This document shows positions 24,288-36,862 of a DNA stretch of 64,000 bases, in pieces. Both the position numbers and the translations under genes were made by a program. Within the stretch, counting starts at the first letter, position 1. The number at the start of each line of letters is the position of its first letter. Under the pieces are notes generated by a model. It ran no database searches, was not told the DNA's origin, and was given only the letters and a program-made list of their open reading frames with translations. Origin of the DNA: Lama glama (Eukaryota); assembly GCA_028534125.1 (NCBI GenBank), contig CM052816.1, positions 30,940,001 to 31,004,000 of the forward strand, read 5' to 3'.

Positions 24288-24904
24288 CTCTTTGTAAACC
24301 ATAGGTGGTTTAGTCATTTTTAATATTAAGTGTACAAATGTACCCAGAAAGCTAAGCAATTCCTAGATTTGAGTCTGGCATTAGAAATGACCACAGACTG
24401 TGGATAAAAAATGTAAAGCAAATCTTGATACATTTGATTAGTCCCTTAGATGCAGTTCAGGGACTTACAAAAGAAAATGGTAGGTTTTAATAGGGTGCTA
24501 AACTGTGATGAAGGAGAGTGGTAGCTTCTGGCTTAAAATAAGAAGATCGAGAAGAGTTTCCCTACAACGCACAGGTACTTTTAGGAACAACCCACATGTG
24601 ATCAAGGGCGCAGATTCAGAGATACACCTTCCTCACGCAACGTTTCTAATAGGACCAGGTAGCCCACTGGATGCTGCTCAAGGGAATATCATCCATTGGG
24701 ATTCTGTGAGGTTAGAGAGCGCTGACTGTCCTATAATCTGAGGCTTGCCCTCCCATCTAATGCAAAAATGACCCTTCCTTTACTTTTTAAATTAAAAGCA
24801 CTTAAGGAATTCATACTCAAAAGCAAAGTAAGACTAAGGCAAAAAACACTAGTTGTTTGAAGGGTTTTCAGGGAGATGAGGTGAAAACTAAGATATTAAG
24901 GACA

Positions 24905-25527
24905 CATGAAAAAATGCTCAGTATCACTAATTATCAGAGAAATGTAAATCAAAACTATGATGAGGTATCACCTCACACCAGTCAGAATGGCCATCATTCC
25001 AAAGTCTATGAATGATAAATGCTGGAGAGGGTGTGGAGAAAAGGGAGCCCTCCTACACTGCTGGTGGGAATGTAGTTTAGTGTAGTCATTATGGAAAACA
25101 GTATGAAGATTCCTCAAAAAACAAACAAACAAACAAAAAATAGACCTACCATATGATCCAGCAATCCCACTCCTGGGCGTATATCCAGAGAGAACTCTAA
25201 TTTGAAAAGATACACACACCCCAATGTTTATAGCAGCATTATTTACAATAACCAAGACATGGAAACGACCTAAATGTCCATCAACAGATAACTGGATAAA
25301 GAAGTTACACAATGGAATACTACTCTCCCATAACAAATAATAAATAATAAAATAATGCCATTTGCAGCAACATGGATGGACGTGGAGATCATCATTCTAA
25401 ATGAAGTAAGCCAGAAAGAGAAAAAAAAATATCATATGCTATTACTCATATGTGGAAAAGAAAGAAAGAAAGAAAGAAAGGAAGGAAGGAAGGAAGGAAG
25501 GAAGGAAGGAAGGAAGGAAGGAAGGAA

Positions 25528-25605
<78 letters not shown>

Positions 25606-25945
25606 ACGAACGGACACTATGAACTCATCTGTAAAACAGAAACAGACTTTCAGACATAGTAAACAATCTTATGGTTACCAGGGAAAGGGGGTAGGAAGGG
25701 ATAAATTTGGGAGTTTGAGATTTACAAATGTTAGCCACTATATATAAAAATAGATTTTTTTAAAGTTTCTTCTGTATAGCACAGGGAACTATGCTCAGTA
25801 TCCTGTAATAACCTCTAATGAAAAAGAACATGAAAATGAATATATGTATGTATATGTATGACTGGGACATTGTGCTGTACACCAGAAATTCACACATTGT
25901 AACTGACTGTACTTCAATAAAAATTTTTTAAAATTAAAAAAAAAA
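24905..25945 (+). mobile_element. 5'-truncated lineage-specific (camelid-type) L1: ORF2 C-terminus, 3'UTR, A tail
   Basis: MKKCSVSLIIRE...[10 protein letters not shown]...[10 protein letters not shown]...HCWWEC with in-frame stops; aataaa near 25916; TSD aagatattaaggaca (24890-24904) / aagatactaaggaca (25944-25958). Confidence 0.93.
25456..25611. repeat. Compound (GAAA)n(GGAA)n(GAAA)n tetranucleotide microsatellite
   Basis: Directly visible inside the L1 3'UTR. Confidence 0.97.
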
Positions 25946-25959
25946 GATACTAAGGACAA

Positions 25960-27150
25960 ACCAGAAATCTCCAATGATCTCCTCTCTCTTTCCAGAGACA
26001 ACCATCATTGTAAGTAATGTAAATAAGTAAATAACTATTACAATTTTTAACTTTCACTACCTGAATATGTATCCAGAAATATTATATAAATTTATTTCAT
26101 ATATTTTATAAAATTACAAATGACACCCACTGTACATAAAATATACCTGAGTCGTTTTATTCTACTTTAGGGTTTGGAAATCTAGGTTGAGTAATATACA
26201 GGGGAGCTTCACCATGGGTTTGAACTGGGCAAGTTGACTTATGCACGAATTTTTTTCATTAGTAATACTACAGTAGTACACGGTCAGCGGTTTGTCGAAT
26301 CGTTGGATGTGGAATTGCAGATACGGAACTGCAGACGTGGAGAACTGGCTATAAGTTAAACTTGAATTTTTTAACTGCATGGAGTGTAGGTGCCCATAGC
26401 CCCCCATGTGAGTCAAAGATCAATTGTAGACCTATTCTAGAACACTTGTTTCAACTTCTGTATGTGGAATCTCACTTAATGAATATATCATAATTATTAT
26501 TTTGTTTGCTAGTGGATGTTTGTATGGTTTCCAGTTTGTATGGTTTGTATTACAAATACTACTACCTCATAGAACTCCGCAGATGTCCCCTTGTATGAAC
26601 ATGTAGAAATTTCTTTAGAAAATATCCTTAGGAATGACAGTGCTAGGTCATGAGGTATATGCATTTTCAATTTCAGTCTATTGATCCATATTGTTTCCTT
26701 AAGTAGCTGTACTGATTTAAACAATTTCCAGTAATTAAGCATTCTTGTTTCCCACTGGCCTCTTCAACATGTTGTACTGTAACTTTTTACCAATATGATA
26801 TATGACAATATGATATAGTTTATATTTTAATTTCCAGAATTATTAGGATAAAGATATTTTACCATAATTATAGCCATTTGTGTTTAAATCTTTTGCTCAT
26901 TTTTCTACATTTGATTATAATGGTTGTTGTTTTACTCACTTGTAGAAATTCATGATACTAATTTATACACATAAATATATAGATATGTGTGTGTTATTTA
27001 TACCTATATCAAATACATTTTTGAATCAGTCTTCTTTTCCCTTTTAATGCTGTCTCTTGATTTTATAGTAGGTTCAAATTAAAATGTAGTCTATTTTATA
27101 AATTTTCATTTTGATGTATATACTTTGCCTGCATCTCACTTAAACTCTCT
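25960..27150 (-). mobile_element. Ancient L1 (L1ME-like) fragments, interrupted by a Tigger MITE
   Basis: ccagagacaaccatcattgtaag; tggatgtttgtatggtttccagttt; cctaggaatgacagtgctaggtca-like (ccttaggaatgacagtgctaggtcatgagg); ttttgctcatttttcta. Confidence 0.55.
26198..26428. mobile_element. TcMar-Tigger MITE (MER8/Tigger2-derived-like)
   Basis: gggtttgaactgggcaagttgacttatgcacgaatttttt...cagcggtttgtcgaatcgttggatgtggaa...gatacggaac...tcaaagatcaattgta; TA at both ends. Confidence 0.75.
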
Positions 27151-28899
27151 TCCTATATATTGAGTAGCTCTGACTATTTCGCAGTATTACTACATATATA
27201 CTGTAATACAGCCATTGGTAAAGAGGAACATAATTCTGAAAATTTCATATTGAAAAAAAATGTTTAAGCCACCCCCAAAAAAGCCTCTAAGTCAATCTCT
27301 GCAAACAGCTCAGATATGGGGTATACTTTGCTCCATCCTCAGAATTCATAAAGATGAGTAAGTGGGTTCTCAGGAGACTGACCTCCAATTTCCACTAAGC
27401 TTGCTCCAACTGTAGAATTCAGTGCTGTAATTCTTAGTCTACTGTCATTGTCAAAAATTTAAGCACAATTGTCATGTTATTATTTCATGTGAGTATGACA
27501 TTACTTTTCTCTTTTTCTTTTCTAGGGTGGGGTTGGGATTCACCAAAATCAATGAAAATAAAACAGTATTTAGGGAGCAAATAATACGGTTGCTAGCACC
27601 AATGTTTCCACTAACGAGCTGTTTAACCCTGGGCAAATCAATTAACCTCTTTTAAAAGTCATCATCGTACCTTGCCCTGATGGAGTAACAAGCTTGCTCT
27701 AGGGAAAAAAAACAAGGTCTTGAAAAATGTAGGCCCAAAGTAAGGTACTAACAACAATTCGTTTCATTAATCAGTACCTCTTACTGCCCATTCCTTTACC
27801 ATAAGCTATAACCACCGCATATGTACACGGTCATATATAAATGTTGTCGGGTTTCTCATTTTTCTCAATCTTCCATGAATGAAGAGTATAGAATTTATAA
27901 CAGTCTGCTTATCATTCTAACCATCAGCATTTATTTCTACATAGTCTGTTTTGGCTTTCTAACTTCCTACTTCATTCTTTTTCACTGAATGCCATCAGTA
28001 TTTCTTACATTTTTTTCTTCCCCTTTAGTAGCCCACACACATACCAACTGAAAATGAATCTAATTGCCTTTCTCTTTTTAAATTACTCCCAGCAACAAAA
28101 ATATTAAATGCTCATTTTCTCTGGCCAACTGTGAATGTTTCAATGCATATAATTGGGAAAAGTTCCATTTGCCTAGATTTTTATTATTCATTCCCTTATG
28201 CTGACTGCTAAAGTATAAAAAAGGAGAATGTTTAAGCTAAAAGAAATGACCTATCAAAAGAAACCATTTGGTGACTTTCATTTAGAATCCTTAGGTATAT
28301 CCAAAAGACAGCTTCCTAAAATGCTATGGGATAACATTACAAAACAAACCAGATGAATTTATGTCATAAATCACATAACTCTGATTACCATGATGGGTTT
28401 ATTGTTAACATTCATTCCCAGAGTGTTCATTTATCAATGCCCATCCTTCCCCGATTACAGGTAAGTTTTGATTGTAGGGAATTGGTGGGGGGGGGGAGTA
28501 TTCTCTCTCTTTGACAAGCTGAAATATTTTATGTACTGTGTATTTTCATGGAATTCTGTGCACAGGGATCTAGGAAATACAAAACAAAGACCAATGATAT
28601 CAAATCACTTATAAGAAGCCAACTGAGTTTCTCAGTGAGTTAAGCGACTGACATATCCTGCATTGCTTTTGGGACCCATTACTGACTTAACAAGATAATT
28701 CACCAGAAGAGCATAAAAAGGACAGCATCTCTTTGGTCTGTCCTTATCACATCAACAATGATGCTAACTGCCAAATGATAGGTTTTGTCAAATGAGACAG
28801 TACTGAAAGTTGGATTTCACCTAAGCTGTAAGAAGAGAGATGCATGAGGGTTATAGAACTGAAGGGCAAGGTATCAGGAAGACTGGATACCAGAAGAAA

Positions 28900-29990
28900 A
28901 CACAGCCAAAATATTAAATCCTAATAATAAAGATTTAGATATAAATTTTCCTCTTCATACTAATATTTAATCAACTATAAGGGAAAAATTATTAGACATA
29001 GAAGGACTCAAAAAACTTACTATTCAAAAAAACCCTCTCTGAAAGAATTTCATGAGAATATTTTAAAGCAAAATAACAAAGAAATCCAAAGAAGACAAAG
29101 ACTGGGTTTAAAACATTAAATCAACACCTCAGGAATGAAAAGAAAAGTTACTTCAGAAGGTGAGCTGTACAACACACCAGTAAATATTATCTCAATTTAG
29201 AATGGAAAGACAGAGACTATATAGAATAAAATATAGTATGGTTAAGATGCTAGATATTCCTGTAAATTTATGTAAATCACATTTTTCCTTAATAGAAACA
29301 GGTCAGTGGCAAAGAAATTTTTATCTATCACTTTAAATCTTTCACACTACTGATTCTATATCTAATAATATTTACATGACCATAATTTAATAAATATTAA
29401 TTCTTGGCCTCAATTTTAGTCTCAAAATATAGCCAAGTTTGGAAGACTAAATTGTGTGTATATTATAAATGTAAATTGCCTAAAATAATAATATGGCATG
29501 TCAAGTTTACAAGATACTAACAGGAAGAGAGGTGGAGGGAAACAGAGAACAGGCATTTTCTCATCATAAACAGTAGTAAGTAAGGTGATATAATCTTGAG
29601 TCATCAAAATTATTATTACATTAGAATATAATGTTAGGCTCCTATGAATAACCATAACATTCATTTTATATATGTTCACAATGATAACTAGTAGAAGTAA
29701 GGGTGTAAAAATGGATCTGATGGAAGTAATTTGGGAAAGGTGTTAAGAGTGAGAAAAATGTATCATATGATATGTTTGAGAGGCTTTAACTAATTTCACA
29801 AATCAAGAAATATATGTACAAGTGGTTCATTTAGAATGTGGAAGTAGCAAGCCTCACCAGAGGTGTCACAAACAAATAATGATGTAAGACAACTGAAGAA
29901 AGAAGCAAGGGGATTTGTTTCTTAGCACCAGTTAGTACTGGTTTAGTTTCCTTCATCCCGTCTATAATTACTTCTATAATTAACAAAGTA
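28900..29990 (+). mobile_element. Highly decayed L1/HAL1-like fragments
   Basis: A-rich; tcaactataagggaaaaatt...gaaggactcaaaaaacttac...ccctctctgaaagaa resembles the end of ORF1; weak similarity. Confidence 0.35.
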
Positions 29991-30059
29991 GACAGAGAAA
30001 AAAGATTATGTATTTCTTATGTTTTAACAAACTCTAGTCTATGCAGAAGTGTTCATCTC

Positions 30060-30250
30060 TAGTGCTGTTCAATAAAATTTCTTCAGCATTCTATGGCTGT
30101 CCAATACCATCACCACTAACCAGATGTGGCTACTGAGGACTTGAAATGTGGCTAGTGTTACCAAGGAGCAAAATATGTAACTCATGAATTTTAGTTAATT
30201 AAACTTAATGACTACATGAGCCTCATGGCTATCATATTGGTCAATGCAAC
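30060..30250. mobile_element. MER3 hAT-Charlie MITE
   Basis: agtgctgttcaataaaa...ctgtccaatacc...ccactaaccagatgtggctactgaggacttgaaatgtggctagtg...atggctatcatattggtcaatgca. Confidence 0.85.
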
Positions 30251-31079
30251 TCAAGTAAGTAGCTCCCAAAACTTTTGCCATCAAACAAATTTTCTTAATT
30301 ATTTTCTCCCAGAGCACCCTCACTCATGCTTTGAAGACGCCAACCACCCTTCAGTGAAAACCTGTTTACCACTCTTACTCAAAACGTAACTGCTAATTAG
30401 AGCACTGATAAGCCTGAAACTCTGCCACTCCACCAAGGCTAACCCAAACCAAAGCAACCTGACACTTTGGTGTGGAGACGTTTATTCTTAATTCAGATAC
30501 AGCTCTCACATTAGTCTTTTTGAAATAGTAAAGTGCTTCACAGATCCTCTGTTACCGTCATGAACCCCAAAGCGTCTGTCAATTTCTGCTAAAACTTAAT
30601 GTTCTAAAATCTTGTGACTCTCTTACTTTTCAGGTCTCTGGTAAGAATATGAAGGATGTTGAATCTCAAATAGACTTTCACATCATCTGCCCAACTGTAA
30701 AAATCCTCTATGTCTCACTGGAGAGCTCCAATATTCTTTGACTGGTGCCCCAGAAATCAATGAAGTACACTAATGCACTGGGACTTGCTCCTGCTTGAGG
30801 CTTGCTGGTCACTAACAGGTCCTAAAAGCTGAAAGCAACAAGCAATTAAGAAGCTGGGGGCAGCATAGTTACCCCCTGACCTAATCGCAGATCCATCCCA
30901 AAGAACCATTCTCCACGTTCAGTTGTACCACAAAGGGGAAAAAAAAATCTCTATACTTTCTTCTCTTATAGCTGTCATTTAGGGAAAAAAGCATGCTTTG
31001 CAGTGAAATTTTGGCACTCTTCCATTTCAATTCTGCTATACCCAGGCATCAGGAGGTCGTTCAGAAAAACTAATAACCA

Positions 31080-31225
31080 GAATTCAGAGCGAATAAAAGT
31101 AACAGACTCACATAGCTTTCCAGTCACCCAGAATAGCTGGCTTCAACAGGCCAAGGATTCAGGGGCTAGATTTCAAGCAGACTACATCATTTTACGGTCA
31201 ATATTATTAACCATCACTGTATAAT
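31080..31225 (-). mobile_element. MIR fragment
   Basis: ccaaggattcaggggctagatttcaagcagac...tattaaccatcactgtataatgc. Confidence 0.45.
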
Positions 31226-31779
31226 GCAAAAGTTAAAGGCACTGCCTTGCCTCCTGTTCCAGTGTTTATACACTGATGGAGTCGGGGATTGTAGAAATGC
31301 TCCTATTTCAAGCAAGGTCTATGGGGTAAGCACCTTCTAAGAGCAGGTTTACATTAGAGGAGAATAGGACACTTGATAAACACTCATACCTAGTTAGTGG
31401 TAGTGGTAGCTTGCAGCTGTAGAAAGAGTAGGTACATTCACCAAGGAATTATTTTGAATAATGGATTTTTACTTGAAGAAAATAAATTCATTTCTTGTGA
31501 TTTGGGATTTTAAACAATGTTTTGACATCAAGTTAGAAGGGAGAAAAGAATACGCATTAATCTGAACACTAATGACACACTATGTCCTTGCCATTCACCA
31601 ATACAGGATAGTTGAGATCTTATCAACTCATTCTTGGGGGTCAGATCTAGCAAGGTCTACATTCATTGGTCTTAAGGAGAAAATGGCAAACATTACTTTA
31701 TATTTACTAACATTTATTTAGCACCTAAATGCTGAATTGTAAGAAAAATGAGGGGGAATGGCACTACCATATGTCTATT

Positions 31780-31955
31780 ATGACATTTGTGTTATTTTAA
31801 TTTTATAGTAATTATTTTCTTATATCCTTATCACTCTAACAGACAAGCAGATGTTCAAACATAGGAATTGTGCCTTCAAATATTTTACATTACTAGCACT
31901 TAGTTCAGTATGTGGCATCAAGTAAATTCTTCTAAATTTGTTTGAGAAGTTGTTA
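31780..31955 (+). mobile_element. L2 3' end
   Basis: ctagcacttagttcagtatgtggcatcaagtaaattcttctaaatttgtttga. Confidence 0.5.
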
Positions 31956-31963
31956 AAAGAATT

Positions 31964-32219
31964 GAGGGAACTCTACTGCACTGCTGGCGGGAATGCAGTT
32001 CAGTGTAGTCATTATGGGAAAAGGTATGGAGACTACTTAAAAAACTAAAAATGGATTTACCACATGATCCAGCAATCCCACTCCTGGGCATATATCCAGA
32101 GGGAACATAAATTCAAAAAGATTTATGAACCCCAATATTCATAGCAGCACTACATACAATAGCCAAGACATGGAAACAACTTAAATGTCCAACAACAGAT
32201 GACTGGATAAAGGAATTGT
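31964..32219 (+). mobile_element. Camelid-type L1 ORF2 3' fragment, interrupted by a younger L1
   Basis: Colinear with 25043-25305 (cactgctggcgggaatgcag...catgatccagcaatcccactcctgggcatatatccaga...gactggataaaggaattgtg), then stops abruptly. Confidence 0.9.
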
Positions 32220-33231
32220 GAGGGACAGAGGCCAAGATGGCGGAGTAGTAGGATGCACATAGCTCACCCTCTCCCACAGGCACACCAAGACTCACATCCA
32301 CGTACCCACTCAGCCAACCAGAGCACCTGTGGAACTCCGACAGAACACTGTCCTCTTCAAAAGACAAAGACGCCAAAAATCTGGTAAGAGAAAGGAAAAA
32401 AAGGAAGACGGAAAGGCAAAACAATGTGGGACCGGTCCTGCGGGGAGGGAGCGGCAAAGGAGGACCAGCGCTGGGTCTCCCCTCTCTGAAAGAGTGGCCA
32501 GCGCGAAGGAGGGGGAGCCTCTGAGCCCTTGACCGACAGAACTAAGTTAAAAGGGCACAGAGGGTTCCTGCGACACCCAGCCCGAGACCCGAGCCGGGAG
32601 CTGGGGGCCAGGACAGGCTGCCCAAGCCGGGCGGAGGACGCACAGCTGCACTGAGGCAGCCCCGGGGGACTGCAGGGGGCTACGCAACGTGGATGAGTGG
32701 GTGCATAGGGCAGAACAACCTGGGCCCTCCATGAAACAGCACAGCTCATGTGCCCTGTGGAGAAGGCTGCATACCTCCGTCTCTGAAAACCCACAGGTTT
32801 TCCGCCAGGAGCGGCGGGGCTCAGGCGCAGAGGCCATATCCTGCGGCGCTTGGCACCCAGGCGGGGGCGGGGCGAAACCTGCATCCGCGCCTGGGCGCTC
32901 GGCAGCCTCAAAGGCCAGACAGTTTGCAGCCCGAGTCAGATAGGATCCTTCCGCCCTGGTGCCTCGCAAAGTCTGCGCCGCCAGAAAGAACAAGGAGCTG
33001 AGTTCGGGCACGGAGCAGGGGCGGGGCTGTTTCGCGGTCTTCCCGGGCCGCCTGCGGAGCGCCGACCTAGGGCAGAGCTGCGGAGTGACCGGCGCCGGGA
33101 GATGGCGGGTGGCCCCCCGCCTTTCTGGCAGGAACGCTGTGCTGGGAGGGGGCACGATCTGCTTGCCAACAGGCACTGGGAGCAGCACAGACGAGGGCGC
33201 CAACCGAGTGCCTCTGGAAACAGCAAGCCAA
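32220..33231 (+). mobile_element. Young L1 5'UTR (CpG-rich internal Pol II promoter), running into the gap
   Basis: Begins gagggacagaggccaagatggcggagtag with the YY1-type AAGATGGCGG at 32234-32243; by far the densest CpG stretch in the window; GC boxes. Confidence 0.85.
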
Positions 33232-33731
33232 NNNNNNNNNNNNNNNNNNNNNNNNNNNNNNNNNNNNNNNNNNNNNNNNNNNNNNNNNNNNNNNNNNNNN
33301 NNNNNNNNNNNNNNNNNNNNNNNNNNNNNNNNNNNNNNNNNNNNNNNNNNNNNNNNNNNNNNNNNNNNNNNNNNNNNNNNNNNNNNNNNNNNNNNNNNNN
33401 NNNNNNNNNNNNNNNNNNNNNNNNNNNNNNNNNNNNNNNNNNNNNNNNNNNNNNNNNNNNNNNNNNNNNNNNNNNNNNNNNNNNNNNNNNNNNNNNNNNN
33501 NNNNNNNNNNNNNNNNNNNNNNNNNNNNNNNNNNNNNNNNNNNNNNNNNNNNNNNNNNNNNNNNNNNNNNNNNNNNNNNNNNNNNNNNNNNNNNNNNNNN
33601 NNNNNNNNNNNNNNNNNNNNNNNNNNNNNNNNNNNNNNNNNNNNNNNNNNNNNNNNNNNNNNNNNNNNNNNNNNNNNNNNNNNNNNNNNNNNNNNNNNNN
33701 NNNNNNNNNNNNNNNNNNNNNNNNNNNNNNN
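33232..33731. other. Assembly gap (500 N)
   Basis: Run of N. Confidence 1.
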
Positions 33732-34809
33732 CAGACAGGGTATGGGTTAGAGCAGTAAACTTACCTATACCTTGGGCTTGGGGCGCAGAAGTAATGTGAA
33801 CTTGTATGAAATGGAAGTGAAGTTAGAGAAATTCTGAAAAAGAGTGTTTAATGTTTTAAACTATCAAGACCAGCAATTTGCCTTTACTCAACACTCATAA
33901 TATCATATTAGGGTTTATAAAAATCATAACTACTATTTTTATGAATGAATAAATAATTTAAGTGCTAACATTAGCCTGGACTTGAAAGGTACCTGGGTGT
34001 CTGCAGTAGGGCAGTATAGTGGAGCTGGTAACATACATAAGCTGTGTATGTGACCTGACTTGCACAGGGGCTGGAAACCCAAGAGGAGCTGATTTGAGAA
34101 GGAAGTTGGGGGGAAGGTAGAGAAAAGACTAGGCTGGACCTATGGAAATGTCTATGTCTATGGGCATATGTTTAATGTCTATGGACCTACAGACAAAAGT
34201 TGTTTTCAGAAGAGACATGGAGACCGAGCCCAGCAGTGATGACTATGGTGAACACAATGCCATTTTACGTGCTTCAGAATCTGCATCTGTGACAGCGTCA
34301 ATAGACAGCACCTCTAATAAGGATGGAGTTACGCAGAGCATACATCATAGAAGTGGTGGGGAGGGCCTGCCCTCCTGCGTCTGCATGCGAAGACAAGCAT
34401 AAAGGAACATGTGGACACTGAGAGCACTAGTGAAACAGCCCGGAGACGACCAGAATAAACTGGGGGGTACTTCACGGGAAGATGGAAACCTTGCCTTATT
34501 CCGGCAGTACATGAACCGACATAACTTGAGTTGTTATCATTGATGTGCCTGCACGTGCTCCTCCAGAATGAGGCAGCATGGAGAAACTGAGGTTAGGCAC
34601 AATGTATGCTTCGAGCCTCTGAGAATGTTCTCTTCGGATGTGACTAAGGGAAGAGAATGATTCAGAAAGAGTACATATCCTGTAATAGACTTATTACTCC
34701 AGGGTGCTTAGAACAGTAGTCTTCTCCCCATGACCCTCTTTAAAACACCCTTAATGGTACTGTCTGGGTGTGTGTGTTAGGGGCAGTGGTGGTGGTGCTG
34801 GTTTTTTTA

Positions 34810-34990
34810 AATAATGATGATGGCAGTCACAACAAATGACATTTGCCTAGCTTCTGTGAAAAGCACTTTATTATTCATTAATTCAATGAATTCTTGCAGT
34901 CATGTCAGGAGGTAGGCACTGCTATTATTATTACACTTGCTGGATTAATAATGGAACTGAGCCTAGAATTTACCTTATATAAAAGGTAAG
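34810..34990 (-). mobile_element. MIR fragment
   Basis: aatgacatttgcctagc...aagcactttatt...aattcttgcagtcatgtcaggaggtaggcactgctattatt...ggaactgagcctaga. Confidence 0.55.
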
Positions 34991-35894
34991 TGGTATCAAC
35001 AGCTTAGGGGTCTTTGGCCAGACCTGTGCTCCAGAAGCGTACTGTCTGGCAGCTCCTCTGGGAGTACACAGAGTGGGAAACTGAGAGAAATCGTTAGCCA
35101 AGGCGAGAACCAGCAGTAGGGCTATGACAGTGAACCATGTCCTCAGTCTCTTCTGGAGGCTAACCAGGAGAGGAATAAAGTGTCCTGCATAGGGCTGTGG
35201 AGTACTTAAAGTGTTTCTGCAATCTGCTGGAGTTCTCCAATTGCTCTATCCATACCAAGAAGAGTCACTGCTTTTCAGAATAAGGGCAGAAGATGAATTT
35301 CCTCAAATTCAAGTGGCTTGGAGTGAGAGTAAGAAATGAAGGTCATTTAAGTCTTACCACGCTTATCTCCTGTTTCCCCTCAAACAGTAGGAACTCAGCA
35401 TTCCACAGGTCATGAATGAATGAATGAATGAGTGCGGATCCCACAACTTCCAGATCCTCCACACAACCCGAAAACATTCATATGCCCAGCTGTCTAAACT
35501 CCACTTCAGACCCTTACCATTATTCATAAATGATAAGCATACATGGTATAAAATGCCAAAATGAGAAGACCAAATACAGAATGGACAAGCTAGGTTATGT
35601 ATAATCATTTTAAAATGATACATCTTTCACCTTTAAGCAAGGCAAAAAATTTCCAGTTGATAAGTAGTCTGGAACACTAGTACTTAAATTTTTAAGACAC
35701 ATTTACAATCTAATGTTACATACTGAATGCCATATTTAATAGCAGCAAAATAAATTTATGGCCACATTCAAAATGCAAGACTAGATGATTACATTTTACA
35801 GGTTCTTTTCATTAACTAATTACATTTTAAAGGTTCCTTTTCCCCGCACGACTCTCTGGCTTAAGGTGAACTACTTATCCAAAAAACTTTAACT

Positions 35895-36632
35895 TTCATT
35901 CAAGCAGTTGACAAAAACTGAATGCTTATTGTAGACCAGGTAGTGTGTATAGGGTCTTTTAGCCTCATGAAATCTAAATTTTAGAAGAATAGACAAAAAT
36001 ACAAGAAAACAGCCAAAATGCAAGCTATTAAAAAAAAGGGTAAAAAGGAAACTAACAACGGACTGGGATAAGCACGGTGCTCAAGGTCTTCCCCTCCAAG
36101 GACACAGTATTTGAGTGGAGAAAGTAAGAGATGTTAGCTACATGCAAAGCTGGAAAAAGAGTTCCAGGCAGATGAAAAAGAATGCAAAACAAACTGCGAC
36201 AGAGAAATACCAGCATTTGAGGAACTACAAGAACATCAATGTGATTGTGGTCAATAAACAAGATCAAGCCGGAAAGCAGAGAATTGGGCTCAATCAGACA
36301 AGGTATCAAAAACCACAGAAAAGAGTTTGGATGTTATACTAAGCACAATAGAGGGTTATTAAAAAGTGTTTTAAGCAGGAAGTAATGTGATCCAAATAAC
36401 ATTTTAAGAAGGTCAACTTTCAACTGTGTATAAATGGATTAGAGGGGCTCCTGCAGGAGTCAGGAAAGTTAAAGGATAATGACACTTTGGAATAGGTGTC
36501 AGCAGCTATAAAGAGACACGAGAGCTGATTCAAGATAGAATTTGAATAGAGAAACAATAAGCTTAAGAAATAAATGGGGAATATGGAAAAGGACTTGAGG
36601 AATAACTCTTAGGTTTCTGTCTTGAGTAATTT
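35895..36632 (-). mobile_element. L2 fragment
   Basis: ttcattcaagcag...tgaatgcttattgtagaccagg...gttccaggcagatgaaa...gttttaagcaggaagtaatgtgatcc...aataactcttaggtttctgtcttgagtaatt. Confidence 0.75.
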
Positions 36633-36771
36633 TAAGGTAATATTACACCAAAAGTTCTTCAAAGCAAATATCCAAGTCCTAGCACACTCAAAGGTACACT
36701 TAGAAAAAGAGTTAAGATTCAGAAAAAATATTTGAAATATCCCACTAATTAAAGAACTAATAAAAGAACGA

Positions 36772-36862
36772 CAGAAGGGAGGAAGAAGGAAGGAAAGATG
36801 GGAGGGAAGGGAAAGAGGGAGAAGGGTAGAGGGCAACAGGGAGGGAGGGAGGGAGGAAGAGT
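36772..36862. repeat. GA-rich purine low-complexity tract
   Basis: Almost purine-only run with gggaggaa/gaaggg/gggaggga motifs. Confidence 0.8.

Noticed and set aside
25355..25747. 130-aa K/E/R-rich ORF and overlapping SFFL ORFs
   Set aside because: Translation of the L1 ORF2 tail/3'UTR plus the GAAA/GGAA microsatellite.
30621..30646. 7-nt plus-strand microexon pattern (cag|GTCTCTG|gtaaga)
   Set aside because: Frame-shifting, with no SRRM4-type context; shows the background rate of chance splice motifs.
32220..33231. CpG island as a host-gene promoter
   Set aside because: It starts with the L1 5' terminal motif and interrupts another L1, so it is a retrotransposon promoter.
32850..33758. 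302-aa and 263-aa ORFs
   Set aside because: Artefacts of reading through the N gap from a GC-rich L1 5'UTR.
34236..34421. C/D-box snoRNA starting at GTGATGA
   Set aside because: The next CTGA is about 180 nt away, there is no terminal stem and no recognisable rRNA guide.
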